Shown: positions 1 through 9,145 of the stretch, piece by piece
How the letters are laid out: the number at the start of each line of letters is the position of its first letter
How positions within the stretch are numbered: position 1 is the stretch's first letter
Assembly: GCA_963819655.1 (NCBI GenBank)
Contig: CAWFXA010000003.1
Span: forward strand, 128,001-192,000
Direction: 5' to 3'
Length of the DNA: 64,000 nucleotides
From: an uncultured Chloroflexia bacterium
GTDB lineage: Bacteria; Chloroflexota; Limnocylindria; Limnocylindrales; CSP1-4
Position numbers and translations under genes: made by a program
Notes under the pieces: generated by a model
The model's input: the letters and a program-made list of their open reading frames with translations, nothing else
The model's database searches: none
Told to the model about the DNA's origin: nothing

Positions 1-14
1 TGCGCTGCGAATGC

Positions 15-545
15 CTACCAGCGCTCCTCGTGGATGAGCTCGTCGAGCGGCAGCCGACCGCCGGCGCGGAGCGGACGCGTGAGGTCGGTCGGGTCGGCCG
101 GGTAGCCGAACGAGAGCAGGAACTCGCAGTGATGATCGGCTGGGTAGGCGAGCAGGGACCGCGCGAGATCCTGCTCATAGACGGTCGCCGGCACGCTGCC
201 GATCCCGAACTCCCACGCCACGAGCATCATCGAGTCGGCGGCCTGGCCGAGGTCGAACATCACCGACAGCGGCGCGTCCGTGCGCGCGGGATCCGGGGTG
301 ACGAGGGCCACCGCGACGGCCGCCCCCGCCAGGTGACCGGCGTACGGCCCGACCGCCGCGAGCTCCCTGAGATGCGTCCGGTCGCGGCAGACGATGAATG
401 CCCAGCGCTGTTGGTTCTTCGAGCTGTTGGCGCGGCGGCCGGCGTGAAGGATGCGATCGAGGTGCTCGTCGTCGAGCGGCCGGTCGGCGAAGCGGCGGAC
501 GACGCGGCGGGACGTGACGGCATCCCACACCGAGATCGGGCGCAT
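15..545 (-). CDS. Nitroreductase family protein
   Basis: RRVVRRF..RP-like FMN-binding N-terminus, ANSSKNQQRWAF motif, DLGQAADSMMLVA..GIGS segment, LLSFGYP near C-terminus. Confidence 0.88.
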   Translation of the reverse strand: MRPISVWDAVTSRRVVRRFADRPLDDEHLDRILHAGRRANSSKNQQRWAFIVCRDRTHLRELAAVGPYAGHLAGAAVAVALVTPDPARTDAPLSVMFDLGQAADSMMLVAWEFGIGSVPATVYEQDLARSLLAYPADHHCEFLLSFGYPADPTDLTRPLRAGGRLPLDELIHEERW

Positions 546-1654
546 CAGCCCAGTCCCGGCTCGTCGGCCGATGCCAGCGCCTCGAGGTCGGGTGTCCGGG
601 TGGCGCCGGGCAACGCGATCTGGGCCAGCGTGCGGAAACCGCCTGGCATCGTGTCGACCGCGGACAGACGCTCCTCGGCCGCCGGGATGCGCTGCGCTGG
701 CGTGGCGGCGGCGATGGCGGCCGCCTCGTCGGGATCGAGCGGGCCGTCCAGCGCAGCGGCCAGGAACCGGGCGACACCAGCCCGATATGCGGCGTCCTCA
801 TACAGCCACGAATGCTGCCCGCCCGGGATGACAATGGTCTCGACCGGCTCGGCCGCCGGATCCGCCGCACGCGCGCGACGGGCGGCTGCCGCGAGCCGGG
901 CCATATGGGGGAACGGCACGACCTGGTCCTCGTCACCGTGGGCGAGGAGGATCGGCCCGCGAAACCTGGCGATCGCATCGGTCGCGCTGACCTCGGTCAC
1001 GACGTGGCCGCGCGGCCGCAGGAACACCCGGGTCGTGAGCCAGGCCAGCGGGTAGGCGATCGGGTCGGGGATCGGCAGGCGGGCCAACCGGAAGGTCTGG
1101 CGCGTCAGCCGGTATGGATCGGCTGGCGATGAGGTCGCGACCACGGCGGCCACGCGCGGGTCGGCAGCGGCCGCAAGGATCGCGCCGATGGCCCCCATCG
1201 AGTGCCCGACCAGGGCGCCGGCCGTCACCTCGGGGCGTTCGACGAATGCTCGGAACGCCGCCAGGGCGTCGAGCCCGAACTCACCGGCACTGACCGGCAG
1301 CGCCTCGGCCGGGTTTTCGCCGTGACCGCGGACATCGAACGTCAGGCAGTGGAACCCGGCCGCATGGAGGAAGTGCGCGAGCGGGAGTGTTCGGTCCCGA
1401 GCCGACTCCCAGCCGTGGATGAGCACGACGCCCGGCCCAGGCGCCCCAGCGCGGGCCGGGATGAACCAGGCGGGCAGGTCGATCCCCTCAGACGGGACCG
1501 TGGCCCGTTCGAACGGAAGCCCAAGGTCGGCCGGTGTCATGGTCGGCGGGAACCGTCGCGGGTAGCCGGCCCGGGCCCGATACGCGAGCGCGAAACGGTA
1601 GGCGAGACCGACCTGGGCGGCGGCGATCGCCGCCGCGACACCTGCTCGAGTCAC
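545..1654 (-). CDS. Alpha/beta hydrolase (serine aminopeptidase-like)
   Basis: IHGW oxyanion segment, FDVRGHG, GHSMG nucleophile elbow, HGDEDQVV acid, GGQH base; start set at GTG 1654 (VTRAGVAAA...). Confidence 0.82.
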   Translation of the reverse strand: MTRAGVAAAIAAAQVGLAYRFALAYRARAGYPRRFPPTMTPADLGLPFERATVPSEGIDLPAWFIPARAGAPGPGVVLIHGWESARDRTLPLAHFLHAAGFHCLTFDVRGHGENPAEALPVSAGEFGLDALAAFRAFVERPEVTAGALVGHSMGAIGAILAAAADPRVAAVVATSSPADPYRLTRQTFRLARLPIPDPIAYPLAWLTTRVFLRPRGHVVTEVSATDAIARFRGPILLAHGDEDQVVPFPHMARLAAAARRARAADPAAEPVETIVIPGGQHSWLYEDAAYRAGVARFLAAALDGPLDPDEAAAIAAATPAQRIPAAEERLSAVDTMPGGFRTLAQIALPGATRTPDLEALASADEPGLG

Positions 1655-1736
1655 GACTCCCACGGCCCTAGGGGACGGCACCACACGGCAGCCTGTCAAG
1701 CGTCGAGCCGATCCTGGCCGCCGGTACACTGGCTGC

Positions 1737-2474
1737 GTGGCGAAACGCGACCCTCATGACGTGCTCGGTGTGGCCGTCGGGGCGGACCCGACCCGTATCA
1801 AGGCCGCATGGCGACGCCTCGCGCGCGCCCATCATCCCGACCTGACCGGCGACGACCCTGCCGCGTCCCGGGTCGCGACCCGGAAGATGGCCGAGATCAA
1901 CGACGCCTATGCCGCCTTGACCCGCGGGACGGGCGACGACCGGGCCGCAGACGGGCCGCCGGCCGACATGGGAACCGACGGGAGGCGTCGCCGGGGGGGC
2001 GGCCCACCCCCTCCGCGACCAACCCGTCCTGTCACCGGTCGTGTCGATACGACTGCCACCTACAGGCCCCGCAACCAGACGACGCCGCGCGAGATGGGCG
2101 GCACCTACCCACCTCGCGGCTCGACGCTGGCCGGCCAGCCGCCGTCGCGCGGACAACGGGTCCACCAGGAGGCCCCGCGCGCGTCGACACCGACGGGGCC
2201 TCTCGAGCGGGGCCGGCTGCGCAACTTCAGGCGCCCCCGACCACCGCGCCTCGACCGAGCGCTCGGGCACGTGGTCGAGTTCGGCAAGTTCCACGGTCAC
2301 ACCCTCGGGCAGATCGCGGCTTTCGAGCCGTCGTACATCGATTGGGTAGCCGGCACGGTGACCCGGGACCCGGACCTCGTCGCCGCCGCACGCGTCGTCC
2401 AGGCGGACCTGGACACGCGGGGGATCGGGCGGCGCTCCCACCCGCCGACAGCGCGGGCGTCGCGCTCGGCATAA
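1737..2474 (+). CDS. J-domain (DnaJ N-terminal) protein with low-complexity linker and C-terminal FGKxxG..YxxW mini-domain
   Basis: DPHDVLGV..IKAAWRRLARAHHPD..MAEINDAY (HPD intact); C-terminal FGKFHGHTLGQIAAFEPSYIDWV; TACACT -10 box 6 nt before GTG. Confidence 0.85.
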   Translation: MAKRDPHDVLGVAVGADPTRIKAAWRRLARAHHPDLTGDDPAASRVATRKMAEINDAYAALTRGTGDDRAADGPPADMGTDGRRRRGGGPPPPRPTRPVTGRVDTTATYRPRNQTTPREMGGTYPPRGSTLAGQPPSRGQRVHQEAPRASTPTGPLERGRLRNFRRPRPPRLDRALGHVVEFGKFHGHTLGQIAAFEPSYIDWVAGTVTRDPDLVAAARVVQADLDTRGIGRRSHPPTARASRSA

Positions 2475-2522
2475 GGACAGCACCGGTCCACGGCCGGACC
2501 TCAGCGGCCGGACTTCACCGGA

Positions 2523-2561
2523 GAAATGAAGATCGCCCCCCGGCAATCCCGGAGGGCGATC
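2523..2561 (-). terminator. Intrinsic terminator closing the candidate ncRNA; may also serve the convergent J-domain gene
   Basis: Minus strand GATCGCCCTCCGGG-ATTG-CCGGGGGGCGATC hairpin followed by TTCATTTCT. Confidence 0.7.
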
Positions 2562-2757
2562 GAGCGATGATCCGCGCCAATCTCTATCAGTCCTGCCAAC
2601 CCGACGGCCTTACGGGCCTGATGGCCGAAAGATCCGGTTACTCGGCTCGTGACAGGGAGCCGGGATCCCTCCCTCGAACCTCCTCGAGAAAGCGTCCGTT
2701 CCCCGTCCGTGACCGACGCCCCAGGTGCTGTCCCCGGTTCGATCGCAGGTCGGCTTG
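2523..2757 (-). ncRNA. Candidate structured non-coding RNA (~230 nt), family unassigned
   Basis: Upstream TTGCCC-18 nt-TAGGGT promoter, downstream terminator, closing stem GCCGACCTG/CGGGTTGGC, five internal hairpins, no credible ORF. Confidence 0.55.
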
Positions 2758-2763
2758 GTATGA

Positions 2764-2793
2764 ACCCTACGCCCGGGTCCCCGTGCAGGGCAA
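2764..2793 (-). promoter_or_regulatory. Sigma70-type promoter of the candidate ncRNA
   Basis: -35 TTGCCC (2793-2788), 18-nt spacer, -10 TAGGGT (2769-2764). Confidence 0.55.
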
Positions 2794-2911
2794 TGGCACC
2801 CTGGTCCCGAAATCGCCCGGGCGATGGTCGGGCGCATCCTGGCACCACGAGTGGGACGCCCGTACCAGGTGCCAGGGCGCACCGCGCGGCAGGCGCCGCT
2901 ACCCTTCCGGC

Positions 2912-3517
2912 GTGACCCACCGACTCCATCGCCGCGGTCCGGCGCTGGCCGCCGTCGTCCTGGCCGCCCTGGCGGTGGCCACCCTCGGGGCCTGCGCGAC
3001 CAGCTCGACCGCGTCACGATTCGACCCAACGGGTCCGTGTACCACCGAGGGCCGGTCGGCGGGCGCCTACCCGGAGCTCGAGGCGCGCGTCCCAACGAGC
3101 TACGAGGGACGCGGGCCCGACCTGCTCGACTCCGGGCGCCACTGCACCCAGGCGAGCCTCGGGTCCCTGGCCACGGCAGGCTTCACCGAGGTGCGCTTCG
3201 CCGGCGGGACATGGGATTTCGGCGGCAACCGGGCAGCGGCGCTCGTCGTATTCGAGGCCACTGACCTGACCGCCGATCAGGTCGCCGACTTCTACGCCAC
3301 CAGCGCTCGCGCGGCGGACCGAACACGGGTCACCGGTGAGTCGACGCCGTCTGTCGCTGGTCGCGCCGGCCGTCGCCTCGATACGACGACCGGCAGTCGG
3401 ACACAGTCCGTCGTCGTGTGGCCGTCGGCCGGTCCGGGAATCGTCAACATCGTCATCACGAACGACCTGCCGGACCCGAAGATCGACGCGGCGGTCGAAG
3501 CGTTCGGCGGGCACTGA
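2912..3517 (+). CDS. Hypothetical lipoprotein
   Basis: GTG start after TACCCT -10; basic N-terminus, hydrophobic stretch and LGAC lipobox; C-terminal part of the 1808..3517 ORF. Confidence 0.7.
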   Translation: MTHRLHRRGPALAAVVLAALAVATLGACATSSTASRFDPTGPCTTEGRSAGAYPELEARVPTSYEGRGPDLLDSGRHCTQASLGSLATAGFTEVRFAGGTWDFGGNRAAALVVFEATDLTADQVADFYATSARAADRTRVTGESTPSVAGRAGRRLDTTTGSRTQSVVVWPSAGPGIVNIVITNDLPDPKIDAAVEAFGGH

Positions 3518-3547
3518 CCCGCGTGACCCGGTGCTAGAGTCGAGGTC

Positions 3548-5212
3548 ATGACCGACCGCCGCGCCGACTGGGAGCGCGACCGCCTGAAGCCCGCCCTCGA
3601 CCGGGCGCCGGAGCGCAAGCAGTCCTTCTCGACGATCAGCGACATGCCGATCGAGCCGTTGTACGGACCGTGGTCGCTGCCGGACGACGCCGACGACCGG
3701 ATCGGCATGCCCGGCGAGCCGCCGTTCACCCGCGGCATCCACCCGACCGGTTACCGGAGCCGCCTGTGGACGATGCGCATGTTCGCAGGCTTCGGCTCGG
3801 CCGAGGACACGAACGACCGCTTCCGGCAGCTGCTGGCGGCTGGCCAGACCGGGCTATCGATCGCGTACGACATGCCCACGCTGTACGGCTACGACACCGA
3901 CGACCCCGAGGCCGAAGGGGAGTTCGGGACGTGCGGGGTCGGGGTCAGCAGCCTGGCCGACATGGAGGTCCTGCTCGCGGACCTGCCGCTGGAGAAGGTC
4001 TCCACGTCGATGACGATCAACTCGCCGGCGGCGCCGATCTGGGCGATGTACATCGTCGCAGCCGAGAAGGCCGGTGTGCCGCGCGACCGGCTCGAGGGCA
4101 CGCTCCAGAACGACATCCTCAAGGAGTTCATCGCGCAGAAGGAGTTCCTGTTCCCGCCCGAGCCGTCGATGCGCCTCGTGACCGACACGATCGAATTCGG
4201 GACGCGTGAGATGCCGCGCTGGAACACCATCTCCATCAGCGGCTATCACATCCGCGAGGCCGGCTCGACCGCGGTCCAGGAGCTGGCATTCACGATCGCC
4301 GACGGCATGGCCTACGTGGAGCACGCCATCGAACGCGGGCTGCGGGTCGACGACTTCGCACCACGCCTGTCGTTCTTCTTCAACTCGCATTCGGACTTCT
4401 TCGAGGAGATCGCCAAGTTCCGGGCAAGCCGACGGATCTGGCACGACCTGATGACGAAGCGCTACCGGGCCGAGAACGAGCGATCCGCCTGGATGCGCTT
4501 CCATACCCAGACGGCCGGTGTGTCGCTGACCCCGCAGCAGCCCCTCAACAACCTGACGCGGGTCGCCCTCCAGGCACTGGCCGGGGTGCTGGGCGGGACG
4601 CAATCGCTCCACACGGACGCGTACGACGAGGCGCTGGCGGTCCCCACCGCCGAGGCCGCTCTGCTGGCATTGCGCCAGCAGCAGGTCATCGCCGAGGAGA
4701 GCGGCGTCGACGCCACCGTCGACCCGCTCGGCGGGTCCTGGTTCGTCGAGGCGCTCACGGACGAGACGGAACGGCAGGTCTGGCGCTACCTCGACGAGAT
4801 CGATCGGCGCGGCGGCATGGTCGCGGCGATCGGGGAGGGCTACCCCCAGCGCGAGGTCGCCGACGCGGCCTATCGCTATCAGCGCGAGTTCGACGACGGG
4901 CAGCGGCGCATCGTCGGGGTCAACGCCTACGTCGACGAGACCGAGGAGACGACAGTGCCGGTGCTGGCCGTGCCACCGGGCTCCCTGGAGCGCCAGCTCG
5001 CTCGGTTGGAGCGGACGCGGCGGGAGCGTGACGCGAGCGCCGTCGAGGCGGCGTTGTCCGGCCTGCGCGACGCGGCGTCACGGCCCGGTTCGAGCGAGAC
5101 GAACCTCATGCCCCATTTCATCCGGGGCGCTGCGGCCTACGCCACGCTGGGCGAGATGTGCGGGGTGCTGCGCGGGGTCTTCGGCGAGTACCGCGAGCCG
5201 GTCGCGGTCTAA
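3548..5212 (+). CDS. icmA: B12-dependent acyl-CoA mutase large (substrate-binding) subunit, isobutyryl-CoA mutase type
   Basis: [59 protein letters not shown]; no C-terminal B12-binding domain. Confidence 0.85.
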   Translation: MTDRRADWERDRLKPALDRAPERKQSFSTISDMPIEPLYGPWSLPDDADDRIGMPGEPPFTRGIHPTGYRSRLWTMRMFAGFGSAEDTNDRFRQLLAAGQTGLSIAYDMPTLYGYDTDDPEAEGEFGTCGVGVSSLADMEVLLADLPLEKVSTSMTINSPAAPIWAMYIVAAEKAGVPRDRLEGTLQNDILKEFIAQKEFLFPPEPSMRLVTDTIEFGTREMPRWNTISISGYHIREAGSTAVQELAFTIADGMAYVEHAIERGLRVDDFAPRLSFFFNSHSDFFEEIAKFRASRRIWHDLMTKRYRAENERSAWMRFHTQTAGVSLTPQQPLNNLTRVALQALAGVLGGTQSLHTDAYDEALAVPTAEAALLALRQQQVIAEESGVDATVDPLGGSWFVEALTDETERQVWRYLDEIDRRGGMVAAIGEGYPQREVADAAYRYQREFDDGQRRIVGVNAYVDETEETTVPVLAVPPGSLERQLARLERTRRERDASAVEAALSGLRDAASRPGSSETNLMPHFIRGAAAYATLGEMCGVLRGVFGEYREPVAV

Positions 5213-7188
5213 GGGTTCCGGAAGGGTCGCCGCGCCCAGACGAGCAGTCCGGCCGCCGCGCCGAGCACGATGACCAGCGCAGCGGCCTGACCCGCACCGA
5301 AGACCGCGAGGACAAGGCCGACGAGCCCGCCGATGAGGAGCATGGCCTGAGCGCCGGCCATCGACCGGTCCGGAAGCGTCGGCGTCTCCGGATGCATCGC
5401 CCGCCGCTCGCGCTGGTCCCAGTCATGCCAGCGCGCCGTCCCGACCTTGGCCAGGGCGAAGAACAAGCCGACCGTGAGAGCGACGCCCAGCACGACGGGG
5501 CCGAGGCTGGCCAGTACATCCGCGATGTCGCCGAGCCCCAGCCAGTCGAGGACCGCGCCGACGACCGCCCCGATCGCGGTCACGGGAGCGGACACGATCT
5601 GGTGCCCCGGCAGCCTGTCCCACGCCGCCACGAGCAGATCGCCGGCGCGAGTGAGACGCCGGTCGCCGACGGCCTCGAGCAGGATCAGCGCGAGGACCGT
5701 GCCGATCGTCGCCACCGAGCACAGCCAGCTCCAGGCCGCCAGCGTCGAGACCCGCTGGCGGCGCCACACGATCCGCCTGGTCCGGTCGGTTCGATCGCGG
5801 TAGAAGCGCGACGCCGAGGCGTCGCCGCGAGCCGCGTCGATGTGGCGGACCAGGGGGATCAGGAACCCCTCCGGGTTCGCCCAATACGCGCCGTGATCGG
5901 TCAGGACGTTCATCTCGTTGGTGACGGGCCGGGACTCGACCATGATGGTCGCAGGCGGTGGTGTCGGCACGGGTTCGCCGGGCAGCGTCACCGGCGCCTG
6001 CATGAGCCACGGGACGTCGGTCGAGTCGCCGGTCGCTACGGCGGTGACCGTGGTAGCGCCGGCGCGTTCGGATGTCCCGGGAACGATGCCGCCGCGGGCC
6101 GGAAGTGGCCCCGCGGGGGCCGGGTCGTACGAGGCCCAGACGTCGACCCAGCGGAGTCCGGGACGGATCCGCGCGAGGTTGCCCACGAGTCGATCGCCCG
6201 GCGTGATCTCCTTGACGCCCGGATCCGCCGCGAGCCGCCATGCGAGACCGAGACCCTGGCCCAGGGTCACGAGCTTGTCGACCTTGAGCTTCTCGTAGGC
6301 TGGGTCCAGCAGAGTCTCGAAGCTGACCAACGCGCCGCCGGAATGGGCGACGATCACGATCGCGTCGCAGTCGTCGTCGACCAGGCGCTGGATCGACCGT
6401 GCAAGCCTGGCGCGCACGTTCGCCGATTGGACAGGCTCGTCCAGCAGGACCGGCAGGTCGCCGAACCAGTCGACGAGGAAGCTATCGATCATCTTGCGCG
6501 CGGCGAAATCGCGGACGACCGGGATCGGGATGCGCCGGAGCAGGTCATACCCCGCCAGGACGATCGCTCCGACGCCGCCGACCAGCCAGCCGACGGGTCG
6601 AGCGCCGAATGTCAGTGACTGGATCAGGTCCAGCCGCTCGGCCAGCCGCCAGTCGAGCGGCGGCCGGCCCGGGCCGATGACGTCCGTCGCCTGGGCGAGC
6701 TCATGGAGACGCGGCGATCGATCTCGGTAACCCGCAGCGATGCCGGAGACGACGGTGCCCATCCGGCGCCGCAGGTAGTCGATCGTCCGGCCCAGGCTCG
6801 GAGCCCGCAGGTCGGACGCCCACCACGCCTCGGTGATGACCCATGTCGTGGACGGGATATCGCCGTGCGCAGGGACAGCGACCTCGAGGTACGGCGGGGA
6901 CGCAGCATTGAAGGAGAACTCGGCGCGCCACACTGGATCGTCGATCCGATCGGCGCCCGTGGCCGTCGCCGCCCGCCAATCCGACAGGAGCTCGACGATC
7001 GGACCGGACCAGTCCAGGAACGTCTCGGCTGGCGTCTGGGTGCCGATGCCATGCACGAAGACGATCCCAGTCCGTCGCGCGATCGCGGCTGGGAGCTCGC
7101 CGGCGACGACGTGAGGTCCCGACGGGGTGTGATCGCTCGCCTCGGCGTCGGAAAAGACCGTGGGCTGGTCGTCGCCACGCCGCTGCAT
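5209..7188 (-). CDS. Membrane-anchored alpha/beta-hydrolase-like hypothetical protein
   Basis: FVHGIG, VAHSGG elbow, LVTLG, TDHGAYW; several C-terminal TM helices; TAGAGT -10 before ATG. Confidence 0.65.
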   Translation of the reverse strand: MQRRGDDQPTVFSDAEASDHTPSGPHVVAGELPAAIARRTGIVFVHGIGTQTPAETFLDWSGPIVELLSDWRAATATGADRIDDPVWRAEFSFNAASPPYLEVAVPAHGDIPSTTWVITEAWWASDLRAPSLGRTIDYLRRRMGTVVSGIAAGYRDRSPRLHELAQATDVIGPGRPPLDWRLAERLDLIQSLTFGARPVGWLVGGVGAIVLAGYDLLRRIPIPVVRDFAARKMIDSFLVDWFGDLPVLLDEPVQSANVRARLARSIQRLVDDDCDAIVIVAHSGGALVSFETLLDPAYEKLKVDKLVTLGQGLGLAWRLAADPGVKEITPGDRLVGNLARIRPGLRWVDVWASYDPAPAGPLPARGGIVPGTSERAGATTVTAVATGDSTDVPWLMQAPVTLPGEPVPTPPPATIMVESRPVTNEMNVLTDHGAYWANPEGFLIPLVRHIDAARGDASASRFYRDRTDRTRRIVWRRQRVSTLAAWSWLCSVATIGTVLALILLEAVGDRRLTRAGDLLVAAWDRLPGHQIVSAPVTAIGAVVGAVLDWLGLGDIADVLASLGPVVLGVALTVGLFFALAKVGTARWHDWDQRERRAMHPETPTLPDRSMAGAQAMLLIGGLVGLVLAVFGAGQAAALVIVLGAAAGLLVWARRPFRNP

Positions 7189-7237
7189 GGCGGCGACTCT
7201 AGCACCGGCCCGCCGGTGCTCCGACTACCATGCCGTC

Positions 7238-7720
7238 ATGTACCTCGACGCGATGGAATTCCTCGAAGAGGAACGCGACGGATGGGCGCCGTACGAGGCG
7301 CTTGCCGCCTTGAGCGACGAGCAGTTGACCGTCGTCGTCGACGGTGCCCACGGCTGGTCCGGGCGCGAGCTGATGGCCCACCTGCTCGCCTGGCAGGGCG
7401 TCTCGCTCGAGGCGGCAAAGGAGCTGGCCGTCAATGAGACGAGCCCGACCATCGCGCGGGTCGATGCCGACTGGGATGCCCGTGGCGGCGATGTCGTCAA
7501 CGCGGAGATCAGCGCGACCTGGGCTGCGGTGCCGATCGACGAGCTGCGGGAACGCTTCCGCACCCAGCCCGGCGAGCTGCGTGGGTACCTGACGGTCGTG
7601 CCGGAGACACGCTGGGTCAAGCACGCCGATCACCTCAAGTCGTTTCACGACGAGACGATCGCCCACTACGAGGATCACGTACCGGACTTGCGGGCGATCC
7701 TCGCGTCGGCCGGGCGGTGA
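7238..7720 (+). CDS. DinB/ClbS-DfsB-like four-helix-bundle protein
   Basis: GWSGRELMAHL.AW and C-terminal HYEDH; ATG 7238 follows TACCAT -10. Confidence 0.72.
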   Translation: MYLDAMEFLEEERDGWAPYEALAALSDEQLTVVVDGAHGWSGRELMAHLLAWQGVSLEAAKELAVNETSPTIARVDADWDARGGDVVNAEISATWAAVPIDELRERFRTQPGELRGYLTVVPETRWVKHADHLKSFHDETIAHYEDHVPDLRAILASAGR

Positions 7721-8049
7721 CGCCCGGCGCGGTCACGCTCCGGGCGGTCCTCGACGCCGCCGCGGCGGCGACCCCGGACGTGGAGGTCACGACGGAGGAA
7801 GACGGGTCGGTGGCGTGGTCCGTTCGAGGGAAATCGTTCGCGATCCTGTCAGCGGATGGCGGCGAGGCATCGTTCCTGCTCGACCCGATCGTCGCGGGCG
7901 CCGCGACCCGGACGCCGGAGGTCACGCGGTCCGCGCGGGGTGCCGGCTGGGTCGCGATCCGACCGCGGGTCGTCGATGGGCACGTCGCCGACCGCGCCGG
8001 CGCGTGGTACCTGTCCGGGCATCGCCGGCTGACCGGCCCGGGCGCCTAA
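7717..8049 (+). CDS. Hypothetical protein (weakly YjbR/MmcQ-like)
   Basis: GTGA overlap with upstream gene; WSVRGKSFA..GWV pattern. Confidence 0.55.
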   Translation: MTPGAVTLRAVLDAAAAATPDVEVTTEEDGSVAWSVRGKSFAILSADGGEASFLLDPIVAGAATRTPEVTRSARGAGWVAIRPRVVDGHVADRAGAWYLSGHRRLTGPGA

Positions 8050-8323
8050 GGCCGGGCGCCTAACATCCTGGCGCCTAGCATCCCTGGCGCCCACCGACCC
8101 TGAGATACGCGCATCACAACGACTCAATGGCGAATCCGGCCGTTGTGCGGGCTTCCGGGGCGGCCCCTCGTGGGCAGACATCATGCGTACCGCGCTTCAG
8201 GACCGACCTTTTGCATGGTCGTAGGCCCGATCGAGGACGCGCAGCGGCCATTAAGTTCCACTGATTCGCGTTGTTCAGGGTCGATGCCCCGATGGCCCAG
8301 GCTCCAAGGCGCCGGACACGGAA

Positions 8324-8349
8324 CGACCCCGGTCGGGTGACCGGGGTCG
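8324..8349 (-). terminator. Hairpin terminator downstream of trxA
   Basis: CGACCCCGGTC-GGGT-GACCGGGGTCG perfect 11-bp stem. Confidence 0.6.
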
Positions 8350-8372
8350 GTTGGCGCTGGGGAGGCGAGCGG

Positions 8373-8717
8373 TCAGTCGGCCGCGGCCACCACGAATTCG
8401 GCGAGGCCGAACTGCTGCTCGAGCTGCTCGAGGGGCCGGAACCCGACCACGCCCTGCGGCTGCGAGCCCGGCTTGAAGAAGGCGATCGTCGGGATGCTCA
8501 TGATGTTGAACGCCTGCGACAGCCGGGGATTCGCGTCGACGTCGACCTTGATCACGTCGACGGCGCCCTCGTACTTCTCAGCGAGCTTCACCATCTCGGG
8601 GGCGACCATCTTGCAGGGCCCGCACCACTCGGCCCAGAAGTCGACGACGACCGGTCGCTCCGCCTTGAGCACGAGCTCCTCGAACGTGGCGTCCGTCGCG
8701 TGCTTGATCTCGACCAT
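8373..8717 (-). CDS. trxA: Thioredoxin
   Basis: VDFWAEWCGPCK active site, SIPT cis-Pro motif, AAGGA RBS. Confidence 0.95.
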   Translation of the reverse strand: MVEIKHATDATFEELVLKAERPVVVDFWAEWCGPCKMVAPEMVKLAEKYEGAVDVIKVDVDANPRLSQAFNIMSIPTIAFFKPGSQPQGVVGFRPLEQLEQQFGLAEFVVAAAD

Positions 8718-8767
8718 TGATGCGTTCCTTTCTCACTCGCTCTCGGCGAGTGCCCGGGGCCTGTGCC

Positions 8768-9067
8768 CTAGCGGGCGATGTCCTGGATGAGGCGATACGC
8801 CTCGAGGACGCGATGGTCCGCGAGGCGGTAGAGGATGGTGTTGCCGTCGCGCCGGCTCGTCACGAGGCCGGCCCGGCGGAGCACAGCGAGGTGCTGGCTC
8901 ATGTTGGGCACCTGGCAGCCCACCCGAGTGCTGAGGTCGCTGACCGAGAGCTCGCCGATGGCGAGCGACTCGAGGACGCACAGGCGTTTCGGGTCTGCGA
9001 GCGCTCGACCGACCGCGGCGTACCGTTCCCGATCGAGCTCTGCCGAGACCGGCAGGTAGTCCAACAC
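8768..9067 (-). CDS. ArsR/SmtB family transcriptional regulator
   Basis: ALADPKRL..L..L, MSQHLAVLRRAGLV, RRDG..ILYRL; GTG 9067 follows TATCGT -10. Confidence 0.9.
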   Translation of the reverse strand: MLDYLPVSAELDRERYAAVGRALADPKRLCVLESLAIGELSVSDLSTRVGCQVPNMSQHLAVLRRAGLVTSRRDGNTILYRLADHRVLEAYRLIQDIAR

Positions 9068-9083
9068 GGCCTTGACGATATCA

Positions 9084-9099
9084 GTGTTTGCGCAAACAC
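9084..9099. promoter_or_regulatory. Putative ArsR operator (perfect 16-bp palindrome)
   Basis: GTGTTTGCGCAAACAC just upstream of the -10 box of the ArsR-trxA unit. Confidence 0.65.
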
Positions 9100-9145
9100 G
9101 CAAGTAGCGCGGCTGGGCCCGGTCCCTGCGGCCGGCCCGGAGTTG

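Noticed and set aside
2523-2757. SRP RNA, RNase P RNA, tmRNA or a functional c-di-AMP riboswitch
   Set aside because: No GGAAGGAAGCAGC-type SRP loop, GAGGAAAGTCC or tRNA-like ends; the 3' half of the c-di-AMP consensus does not fit and there is no downstream co-oriented gene
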